In this document: positions 1 to 7,771 of the stretch, in pieces | Position numbering within the stretch: the stretch's first letter is position 1 | Layout of the letters: every line of letters begins with the position of its first letter | DNA from: Patescibacteria group bacterium | GTDB lineage: Bacteria > Patescibacteriota > Minisyncoccia > Phycocordibacterales > UBA918 | DNA length: 54,129 nucleotides | Direction: 5' to 3' | Assembly: GCA_038065355.1 (NCBI GenBank) | Contig: JBBTRC010000012.1 | Coordinates: 1 to 54,129, forward strand | Position numbers and translations under genes: made by a program | Notes under the pieces: model-generated | The model's database searches: none | Told to the model about the DNA's origin: nothing | Seen by the model: the letters and a program-made list of their open reading frames with translations, nothing else

Positions 1-54
1 GGTGAGTGCGAGTATGGTGAGTGCGAGTATGAAACTGAGGAGGAGGGGTTTCAT
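1..54 (-). CDS. N-terminus of a secreted/membrane protein running off the window edge (MKPLLLSFILALTILALT...)
   Basis: ATG at 54, 2 nt after the stop of the upstream gene; signal-peptide-like sequence; contains a 15-bp tandem duplication (1-30) giving ILALT twice. Confidence 0.6.
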   Translation of the reverse strand, partial: MKPLLLSFILALTILALT

Positions 55-56
55 AG

Positions 57-782
57 TTACGGAGAAGAAGTTACCGGAACCAGCACAAATGGAATTTCTC
101 CCGTTTGCTTATCGGCTCGCCGCACAACGGCGGTGCCGTCAGATTTTTTCTCAATTACCACCTCGTCAGAAAAATAATCCTGCACCTTCACCACGTCACC
201 GGGCAGAGCCTGCGGCAACAGCAAGACGCCAGTCTGCTCTCCGTCTAAAAGTAACTGGCTGTACTCATGAGTAAATTCCGGAAAATGGATGACTTCACCG
301 GTATCTGAAATAATAACTTTTGAAGCTTGTGACACTCCTTGATTCACATTGGCCAGCTGCTCGACCCGGGACTCCGAGAAGCGGTTTGCGGTCTGGTTAA
401 ACCAATTGCTCTCGTTCACAAACAGACCGCTGACCAAACCAACTCCAAGCACCATCGCTGTTACCACGACCGCGTTCGCATGAAATGCTTTTACTTTTTT
501 TGCTCGGGTGGCTTGTAACGCTTCAACCGATTTTTTGATTTTGCGTTCCTGCTTTCGTTCTTCACTCAACTGTTGTTTACGGATGGAGAGCTCGTCCTCG
601 GCCACCGCGGCGTAGTGTTTGAGAGAATCGATGTCTACGTACCATTGCCTTCCGATGTGCGTGGCCACCACCTTTCCGTCTCTGGCCAGTCGTGTAATGT
701 AGTCTCTGGAGTATGAAACAACCGGTGCAGCATTTTTAATGGGTACCAATTTCTTTCCGTTAATTTCAAGAGCAATTGACAT
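57..782 (-). CDS. Helix-turn-helix (excisionase/MerR-like) domain protein with a transmembrane segment
   Basis: YSRDYITRLARDGKVVATHIGRQWYV motif, coiled-coil region, hydrophobic stretch VVVTAMVLGVGLVSGLFV. Confidence 0.7.
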   Translation of the reverse strand: MSIALEINGKKLVPIKNAAPVVSYSRDYITRLARDGKVVATHIGRQWYVDIDSLKHYAAVAEDELSIRKQQLSEERKQERKIKKSVEALQATRAKKVKAFHANAVVVTAMVLGVGLVSGLFVNESNWFNQTANRFSESRVEQLANVNQGVSQASKVIISDTGEVIHFPEFTHEYSQLLLDGEQTGVLLLPQALPGDVVKVQDYFSDEVVIEKKSDGTAVVRRADKQTGEIPFVLVPVTSSP

Positions 783-850
783 GACGATTTAACTTTAATT
801 ATAAAGCTAAAACGTCTAAAAAATGACTGTAAACTGTGTATAAAAACTAG

Positions 851-1840
851 TTAAAAAATTGACGCGATGGCACTCAAAGATTCACCGACAGTGAGTGTGT
901 GGACCGGAGTAAAATCAAACTGTAAAAAAGACTGTGAGCCGGCGAGAGAGACGAGCGTGACAGATTGTAGCGAAAATAAAGTCAGAGCCACCAAAAAAGC
1001 GGATGTGAGAGCGGTTACTGGTAAAAGTTTGATCGTCAAAGGCATGGTTTCCTCCATTATAGGCACAGATTTAACGTGATCTGACAGCGCTTCTTTTTCA
1101 GGACTGGCGTGAATGCGTTGCGCAAAGGTATTGCTGACAGGAGATGTGCGCTTTTTTATCCCGACAATAGTCTTATTCTTAGCATTATCTCGGATAGACG
1201 AAGTTTCTCGTGCAGGTAATTCCCCCAACAAATGCCCGCGTAAATTTATGGCCGGATCGGGAATAATCTCCGCAGCGGCGCTTTCGTCGACTGAATCTTG
1301 GTCTTCTATGTCCGCCACGGTGAGGGTGCCGGCCAGACTCACTTCAGGTAGCTTATCCGCCTGTAGAGTTACCTGTTCGTGGCTATCGGCCTTAATATGG
1401 ACTTCTAAGGCGTCGGCGAGCGAAACAGGTAACATGGCAGGTTTTTCGGATCTCCTCACAGTTGGAATCAAGGAAAAATCGTCTGACTCGTACTGGAGAG
1501 ACGCAATACGAGAACCAGTGGCAACTCCAGAGGGATCGGTAGTGGGGATCAATTTGGCTGACTTATGGGTAGCGAGAAGCGGTGTGACAATTCTAGAAGT
1601 GTAGTTTTTCTTAGCTATAACGGCATTCTGTGTGGGGTAAACGTCAGCGTTTTTTTGGTACTTGCCTGCCTTGTGTTCGGTGAGGGTACGAGGATTTACA
1701 AACCACGTTCGTCCTACTAGACGCGCGTCAACTTTTTTGGCTCGGCACAATTGACCAATATAATCAGCCGTATAGCCAAACTGCCTGGCAATAACAGATG
1801 CCTTTATGTAAGTCTCTCCGTCAAGTGTGACCGTTTCCAT
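851..1840 (-). CDS. Helix-turn-helix (excisionase/MerR-like) domain protein with a C-terminal transmembrane segment
   Basis: GYTADYIGQLCRAKKVDARLVGRTWFV, paralogous to the motif in 57-782; hydrophobic segment near the C-terminus. Confidence 0.7.
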   Translation of the reverse strand: METVTLDGETYIKASVIARQFGYTADYIGQLCRAKKVDARLVGRTWFVNPRTLTEHKAGKYQKNADVYPTQNAVIAKKNYTSRIVTPLLATHKSAKLIPTTDPSGVATGSRIASLQYESDDFSLIPTVRRSEKPAMLPVSLADALEVHIKADSHEQVTLQADKLPEVSLAGTLTVADIEDQDSVDESAAAEIIPDPAINLRGHLLGELPARETSSIRDNAKNKTIVGIKKRTSPVSNTFAQRIHASPEKEALSDHVKSVPIMEETMPLTIKLLPVTALTSAFLVALTLFSLQSVTLVSLAGSQSFLQFDFTPVHTLTVGESLSAIASIF

Positions 1841-1911
1841 AAAATAATTATAGCAGGCACGAGACTGCGCAACTCCAGTAATGCACTTTTGCTCGAAATG
1901 ACGAGATAACT

Positions 1912-3327
1912 TTATTTTAAACGTTCAATCAATAGCTCGCGTAGAATGTTTGGGTTGGCTGCGCCCTTGGTCACCTTCATACCCTGCCCAATGAGAAACT
2001 GAAGCGCGGAGTCCTTGCCAGACCGGTATTCATCAACGACAGCAGGGTTAGCTGTAATTATTTCCTCAACGGTTGTTTGTAACTCCCCTTTGCTAGATTT
2101 TTGCAGTATGCCCTTCTCCGTAGCCAACGTGCGAGGGTCTTTGGCATTTGGCGCAAACAAGTCTATCAGCAGATCCTTAGCCGCTCGCGAACTGAGATCA
2201 CCCTTCTCAAGCATAGTCATAAGCTCCAGCAAGTGATCTGGCTTGAGATCCGACAAAAGAGCGCCCTTGCCTAAACGTAAAGCGGCAATGTCGGTGAGTA
2301 GATAGTTTACAGCGAGTTTAATAATAGTGTCTGAAGACGATTTTGTATCCACCACAGTTTGGAGAAACGAGTCCACCTCAGGGTCAGAAATTAACTGTTC
2401 AATTACCTCGTGAGGCAAGCCGAGATTTTTATAGAATGTTCTTTTAAAACTTGGTAATTTAGGTAAATTCTCGGCCAAAAGAGATTCGCTAAATTGAGGG
2501 TGTTGCGTGACTGCGATCTTGGGGATGTCAGGGTCTGGAAAGTAGCGATAATCCTTGGCGGTTTCCTTTGAACGTTGGCTAAATGTTTTTAGTTTTACCT
2601 CGTCCCATCCACGCGTTTCCTGCTTAACTTCATCTCCTCTCTCGAGGACGGCTGTTTGTCTTTCAACCTCGTACCTGATGGCCGCTTCAACCGATTTAAA
2701 TGAGTTGAGATTCTTGACCTCTACTTTGGTGCCGAGTGTCTTCTCATCTTTACTTACAGAAATATTAGCTTCGACGCGCATTTCCCCACGTTCCATTTGC
2801 GCATTTGAGATACCGAGTGTTCGCAAAAGCAGCTGAAGTTCCTTCGCAAAATGTCCGGCACTTTTTTCGTCGTGAATGACCGGTTCGGTTACAAGTTCCA
2901 TGAGCGGGACGCCGGCACGGTTGAAATCAACCAAACTTCCCTCTCCTTGGTCGTGTTGGTTGCGGGCGGTGTCTTCTTCAAGATGAACGCGAGTGAGCGC
3001 GACATCTGCCAGAGTACCGCCGATAAGAAATGGGTACGCGTACTGGCTGATCTGGTATGCCTTAGGAATATCTGGGTAGAAATAATTTTTGCGGTCAAAC
3101 TCTGAATACTCGGCAACTGTTGCTTCGACTGCTTTCCCAAATTGCAACACTTTTGCGATTGCTTCCTCATTCGGCACCGGCAAAGTTCCTGGGTGAGCTA
3201 GGCAAACCGGACAGATGTGAGTGTTTGGCGCGCCGTCGTGTGGTTGATTTTTACACCCACAGAACATCTTGCTCTCTGTTTTAAGTTCTGCGTGAACTTC
3301 TAAACCAATCGTTGGGCGGTAGGTCAT
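1912..3327 (-). CDS. gatB: Asp-tRNA(Asn)/Glu-tRNA(Gln) amidotransferase subunit B
   Basis: IGLEVHAEL, FDRKNYFYPD, VHLEED, DFNRAGVPLMELV, YRYFPDPD motifs. Confidence 0.97.
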   Translation of the reverse strand: MTYRPTIGLEVHAELKTESKMFCGCKNQPHDGAPNTHICPVCLAHPGTLPVPNEEAIAKVLQFGKAVEATVAEYSEFDRKNYFYPDIPKAYQISQYAYPFLIGGTLADVALTRVHLEEDTARNQHDQGEGSLVDFNRAGVPLMELVTEPVIHDEKSAGHFAKELQLLLRTLGISNAQMERGEMRVEANISVSKDEKTLGTKVEVKNLNSFKSVEAAIRYEVERQTAVLERGDEVKQETRGWDEVKLKTFSQRSKETAKDYRYFPDPDIPKIAVTQHPQFSESLLAENLPKLPSFKRTFYKNLGLPHEVIEQLISDPEVDSFLQTVVDTKSSSDTIIKLAVNYLLTDIAALRLGKGALLSDLKPDHLLELMTMLEKGDLSSRAAKDLLIDLFAPNAKDPRTLATEKGILQKSSKGELQTTVEEIITANPAVVDEYRSGKDSALQFLIGQGMKVTKGAANPNILRELLIERLK

Positions 3328-3356
3328 GTCCAAGGTACTATGTTTCTAAAAATATG

Positions 3357-4334
3357 CTACGTATTGTACGTTTTGCGGAGGTGCGATACAAGTTCATCCC
3401 TAAGTTTTTTGTAAGAATCAGGGTCGTTTTGACCAACAACAAGCACACGTTTCTCGCTTTTTTCAAGAGAACGCGTGGTGGCATCAATAAAGCCTTGTTC
3501 TACAAGGTCTTTTTTGCTTAAAATAATCCACTCTTCCCTATCAAGTAAGGTTGCGTCGTACTGATTTAGTTCGTCGCGAATTGTGTAATAACTAGCAATC
3601 GGGTCAGTGTCCGCCAAGGACACGACGTGAAGGAGCATTTTGGTGCGGGCTACATGCCGTAGAAACTTATGACCGAGACCTTTTCCAGTCGCGGCACCCT
3701 CGATGAGCCCAGGCACGTCGGCTACCGTGTAACCGTAAAGGTCGCCAAGGTGCGGCTCGGTAGTAGTAAACGGGTAGGCGCCGACTCTGGACTGGGCGTT
3801 CGTTATCGAGTTAAGTAGGGTAGACTTTCCGGCGTTCGGCAAGCCAATAAGACCGACGTCAACGACGAGCGCGACTTCAATAAGGAAATCCCCAAACTCT
3901 CCCACGCGTCCTCTCGTGGCCTGTTGTGGTGAACGATTGGTAGAGGATTTGAAATATTCGTTACCGAATCCACCGTTACCGCCTTTGAGAATTTTTACCG
4001 CCTCCCCCTCTGTGACCATTTCAAAAACTCGGTTGCGATCTACATCAGTCACCTTGGACCCAACAGGAATATCAATATACAAATCCGCTCCATTGTGGCC
4101 AGCTTGGCTTTTGTTGCTTCCGTGAACACCGTCATCTGCAAAAAACGACTTCTGGCCAGTGTACTTTGCGAGGCGATTCAAGTCTTTCACAGCGCGCACG
4201 TACACGTCGCCGCCACGACCACCGTCGCCGCCGGCTGGGCCGGCGTTGGGTTTAAATTTCTCTTGCCGCCAGCGTATCACTCCGTCACCACCGTTGCCGG
4301 CTTTGGCGTAAATTGTGATTTCATCAACAAACAT
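3357..4334 (-). CDS. obgE: GTPase ObgE/CgtA, without the C-terminal extension
   Basis: MFVDE start, Gly-rich Obg fold, GLPNAGKS, YPFTT, DVPGLIEGA, GLGHKFLRH. Confidence 0.97.
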   Translation of the reverse strand: MFVDEITIYAKAGNGGDGVIRWRQEKFKPNAGPAGGDGGRGGDVYVRAVKDLNRLAKYTGQKSFFADDGVHGSNKSQAGHNGADLYIDIPVGSKVTDVDRNRVFEMVTEGEAVKILKGGNGGFGNEYFKSSTNRSPQQATRGRVGEFGDFLIEVALVVDVGLIGLPNAGKSTLLNSITNAQSRVGAYPFTTTEPHLGDLYGYTVADVPGLIEGAATGKGLGHKFLRHVARTKMLLHVVSLADTDPIASYYTIRDELNQYDATLLDREEWIILSKKDLVEQGFIDATTRSLEKSEKRVLVVGQNDPDSYKKLRDELVSHLRKTYNT

Positions 4335-4369
4335 CCGGTAAAAGTACAGAATTGACGGCTAAAAGTCAA
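4335..4369 (-). promoter_or_regulatory. Sigma70-type promoter directly abutting the obgE start codon (leaderless-type)
   Basis: TTGACT-17 nt-TACTTT-6 nt-ATG on the minus strand. Confidence 0.6.
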
Positions 4370-4492
4370 AGTTTTTGAGGCGTGGTAAAGGCTCGTTAGC
4401 AAAGTCAGACACCGTCTTCCCGTACCACCAAGCGCGCTTTAGGAGGTGTCCTTACCCAATACCCGCTTTTTGTGAAATGCGGATAAAATGTT

Positions 4493-4828
4493 TTAAGAGG
4501 TGATTTTGTTGCCAATAGTACTAAAAATCGACACGAGCACAGAGCCGAGTAGCGCAGGCACAAAGCCATCAACTGTAAAACCCTCGACAAAGTACGCGGC
4601 GAATAAAAAGAGTGCGGCGTTAATGACAAAGGTGAAAAGGCCAAGCGTAATAATAGTAATCGGTAGAGTAAGTAGTAGTAAAATCGGCTTTACAATCAAA
4701 TTTAGAAGCCCGAGGATAATAGCGGCGATGATGGCTACGACTGCGGTCGTGATTGCAATACCAGGAATAATGTACGCCGCCAGAAGCAAACCGAGCGCAG
4801 TGATGAAAACTCTTAAAACTATTTTCAT
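4493..4828 (-). CDS. YvlD-like 4-TM membrane protein ('phage holin family' superfamily IV)
   Basis: LLNLIVKPILLLLTLPITIITLGLFTFVINA and GFTVDGF..ALLGS signature. Confidence 0.85.
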   Translation of the reverse strand: MKIVLRVFITALGLLLAAYIIPGIAITTAVVAIIAAIILGLLNLIVKPILLLLTLPITIITLGLFTFVINAALFLFAAYFVEGFTVDGFVPALLGSVLVSIFSTIGNKITS

Positions 4829-4863
4829 AATTCAAGCCTACGCAAAACAGCGTTGCAAGTCAA
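4829..4863 (-). promoter_or_regulatory. Sigma70-type promoter directly abutting the start codon
   Basis: TTGACT-17 nt-TAGGCT-6 nt-ATG on the minus strand. Confidence 0.55.
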
Positions 4864-4869
4864 TTCCAT

Positions 4870-7704
4870 CTACTGCACACGTACTCCCTCAAGACGTACT
4901 CCCTGCAAGATTGTCGTGTTCAAGGGACTTGGATCAGCGGTACTCAAGGTACTGCTGGCGCTGTACGTGGTCTGTTCGCTGTCACCATTTCTCGCCTTGA
5001 CCAAAAACGTGTAGTCGGTCGAAGCAGTGAGTCCTTGTACCACAAGATTTTCAATCTGTGCATCGGTAAGCCACACGGCTGAAGCCGAAGGGTTTCCGCT
5101 CGCGTCGACAAATTTTCCCTGCCACGAAGCATCCGCGGGGCTGGTCGCATTCACCAGAATTGCAAAGCTGGTCGTCGGATTACTACTAGGGTTGCTGTTC
5201 TCAGCGTTTGATATGGTCATCGTAGTCGTTGTGTTGGCCACTTGAGACAGCAATCCTGGTACATTCGCTGATGTATACACGCTCGTTGCGGTTGAAGCTG
5301 CTGTACTGTTGGGGACCGCGTCACGAGCAGTCACTGTGTAGGCATAGCAACGATTAATCTGGAGACCGCTGTCGGTGTAGGAGGTGCTACTCTGCCAGCC
5401 GCTGTCGGTGCCGCCAGTCCCCTGATTCGCGCCACACGATCCTGCCCCGGCGGTGAAATAGTACTCGATCGGTGTTGACGGGTCGGAGGCGGTGGTGGCT
5501 ATCATATCGATGGACGTGGTGGTTAAGTCGTCCGGCGCCGTCGCAAACGTCATCGGGTCGGGAGTTGGCGCGGTAGTGTCGGCGCTTGCGGTCGTAGTAG
5601 TAGCGGCAGTACTTGAAAAGCTGGTCTCGTCGCTGTCTTCGTTCCGAGCTTTTACCTGTAGCGTGTACTGCGTCGATTCGTTCAAACCGCGAACAGTGAG
5701 CCCGTCAATCTGCGCGTCGGTGAGCCAGACAGCGCTGGCCGAAGGGTCACCGCTCGCGTCGACGTATTTTAAGTCCCAGGTAGTGTCTATAGGGCTGGAA
5801 GAACTGACTTGCACCGCGAAGGTAGTGGTGGGACTGCCGCTGGGATTACCGTTGGCGTTATTGGTAACCACAAATGTCGAAGTACTGACCGATGAAAAAG
5901 TGATGGTCCCGGGTATCGCCGCGGATGTGTAGGTACTTGAAGCACTCGAAGTCGCAGTGACGTTGTTTGAATTGTCTTTGGCGGTCACCTGGTAGGCATA
6001 GCATTTGTTGGTGTCGAGACCGCTGTCGGTGTAGGAGGTGCTACTCTGCCAGCCACTGTCGGTGCCTCCCGTTCCGACATTGGCTCCACAACTACCGGCG
6101 ACACTATCAAAAAAGTAATTAACTGGTGAAGAATAGTCATCGGTGACGGTGACTGAAGTCATGCTGACGGCGCTCGCGCTGTCGTTCCCAGGCACGGTGC
6201 TAAAGTGTGGGTTTGGCGTGGGGTCAGTAGTGTCGGCCAAGGTAGTGGTGCCGTAGGCACTACTGGTTGCCGTGAGAATGAGATTTTCGTTACGCGCCAC
6301 AAAACGTAAACCATAGAGAGTGGATGGTTGTAAGTTACTTACGGTAGTGTCCATAATTTGCGCTCTCGAGAGCCATACTGGAGTGCTTGAAAAACTGCCA
6401 TCGTCGGCCATGTATTTGCCATGTACGTTTGTGTCAGTAGTCGACGCGTAGACGAGGAAATAGGTGACGGGATTAATGGCCGGATTAAAATCAGTCCACA
6501 CGTTAAATTGAAAGGACGAGACGGTCACAGATTTATAGTTCATAGTTCCCGGAACGTCCGCGAACGTATAGGTACTTGAAGCGGTCGAGGTAGAAGTGTA
6601 GTTTCCAAGATTGTCGCGGGCGGTGATAGTGTAGTGGTAACATTTGTTGGTGTCTAAGCCGGTATCAGTGTACGAAGCAGACGATTGCCAACCCGAACTA
6701 GTAAACCCCGTTCCTAAATCGTCACCATTGTTACAGAGACTACTGATGGCAAATTCATCCAGGTGAAAATAATATTGCACACTATTGGTGTCAGTCACTG
6801 TGACCGAAGTCATAGAAACAGAAGCAGACGATGCACCGGCGGGAACAGACGAAAAGTGCGGAGGATTTGGAGTGGGTGGAGAAGAGTCGACTGTGTAGGT
6901 GATTTCAATCCGGCCGGCGGCACCGCTACCGCCGCTTTCGGCACCACCATCTTTTTCACCACCACCACCACCCCCACCGCCAGCGGCAGAGCCCGCGGAA
7001 CCATTCGCCCCACTTAACCCGCCAGCGCCTCCAGCGCCACCTGGACCACTTGCCGCCGTACCACCAGCAAACGGAGTACTATCACAGGGATAACCGCCAT
7101 CTTGACCCGTACCATTGTTACCAGCCGTGGTGGAGGTGGCACCCCCCCCACCACCCCCACCACGCGAACCCTCACCGCAGGCTGCAAAATCTTCTCCGAC
7201 ACCACCGGTGCCGCCGTTGTATTTAACGTCACCCGTACTAAGAGAAGCCAGCCCACCTGCCCCATTGTTAGCCGGACCGTTGGCGCTTACTTTACCACCA
7301 CGGCCGCCCTGAGCAACACAAGTAGTACCATTAAAAGTAGAAGTTGCGCCAATCGGTCCCACGCCAGTTCCCCCGGTACCGCCGGCACCAACGGCATAAC
7401 TGTAACCATTACCAGGCGTGACCGAAAAGGTGGTAACTCTGGAGTACGCACCACCACCACCACCACCACCAGCATAGCCGCTGCCGCTAGTGTCACCAGC
7501 TCCACCTGCCCCGCCGCCGCCCCAACATTCAACCTCAACCGAACCGACTCCGGCCGGTGCTGTCCAGGTGCCCGATCCGGTTGTGTATACCTGAGTTGTC
7601 GCGGTCACGACGTTCGGCTTCCAGAGTGTAAATACCAGTGTCACCACCATCAAAACCGACGTGGATACATACCAAAGGCGGTGACGTTTAAAGAAACCTC
7701 GCAT
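4870..7704 (-). CDS. Large surface protein: signal/TM anchor, glycine-rich domain, three ~210-aa fibronectin-III-like repeats
   Basis: N-terminal hydrophobic segment; WGGGGAGG... Gly-rich block; repeated PTPNP...SGWQSSxSYTDxGLxxNxCYxYxxTAxD motif; Ser/Thr rich. Confidence 0.8.
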   Translation of the reverse strand: MRGFFKRHRLWYVSTSVLMVVTLVFTLWKPNVVTATTQVYTTGSGTWTAPAGVGSVEVECWGGGGAGGAGDTSGSGYAGGGGGGGAYSRVTTFSVTPGNGYSYAVGAGGTGGTGVGPIGATSTFNGTTCVAQGGRGGKVSANGPANNGAGGLASLSTGDVKYNGGTGGVGEDFAACGEGSRGGGGGGGATSTTAGNNGTGQDGGYPCDSTPFAGGTAASGPGGAGGAGGLSGANGSAGSAAGGGGGGGGEKDGGAESGGSGAAGRIEITYTVDSSPPTPNPPHFSSVPAGASSASVSMTSVTVTDTNSVQYYFHLDEFAISSLCNNGDDLGTGFTSSGWQSSASYTDTGLDTNKCYHYTITARDNLGNYTSTSTASSTYTFADVPGTMNYKSVTVSSFQFNVWTDFNPAINPVTYFLVYASTTDTNVHGKYMADDGSFSSTPVWLSRAQIMDTTVSNLQPSTLYGLRFVARNENLILTATSSAYGTTTLADTTDPTPNPHFSTVPGNDSASAVSMTSVTVTDDYSSPVNYFFDSVAGSCGANVGTGGTDSGWQSSTSYTDSGLDTNKCYAYQVTAKDNSNNVTATSSASSTYTSAAIPGTITFSSVSTSTFVVTNNANGNPSGSPTTTFAVQVSSSSPIDTTWDLKYVDASGDPSASAVWLTDAQIDGLTVRGLNESTQYTLQVKARNEDSDETSFSSTAATTTTASADTTAPTPDPMTFATAPDDLTTTSIDMIATTASDPSTPIEYYFTAGAGSCGANQGTGGTDSGWQSSTSYTDSGLQINRCYAYTVTARDAVPNSTAASTATSVYTSANVPGLLSQVANTTTTMTISNAENSNPSSNPTTSFAILVNATSPADASWQGKFVDASGNPSASAVWLTDAQIENLVVQGLTASTDYTFLVKARNGDSEQTTYSASSTLSTADPSPLNTTILQGVRLEGVRVQ
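5362..6066. repeat. 51-bp near-identical direct repeat pair (5362-5412 and 6016-6066) inside the surface protein gene
   Basis: gagaccgctgtcggtgtaggaggtgctactctgccagcc(g/a)ctgtcggtgcc, one mismatch. Confidence 0.9.
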
Positions 7705-7722
7705 GGGTACAGTATAACAAAC

Positions 7723-7766
7723 GAAAACAGCCGAGCACTTTCTTTAGAAAGTGCTCGGCTGTTTTC
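7723..7766 (-). terminator. Intrinsic terminator-like hairpin after secA
   Basis: Perfect inverted repeat gaaaacagccgagcactttct / agaaagtgctcggctgttttc. Confidence 0.8.
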
Positions 7767-7771
7767 CCAGC

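Noticed and set aside
4380-4492. Riboswitch upstream of obgE
   Set aside because: Some pairing exists (gacacc/ggtgtc), but no known aptamer was recognised and obgE has its own promoter downstream of this region.
4493-4828. Holin as evidence of a prophage
   Set aside because: This YvlD-like family is commonly chromosomal, and there are no phage genes nearby.
5362-6066. Diversity-generating retroelement TR/VR pair
   Set aside because: There is only one mismatch, both copies are in-frame coding repeats, and no reverse transcriptase is in the window.
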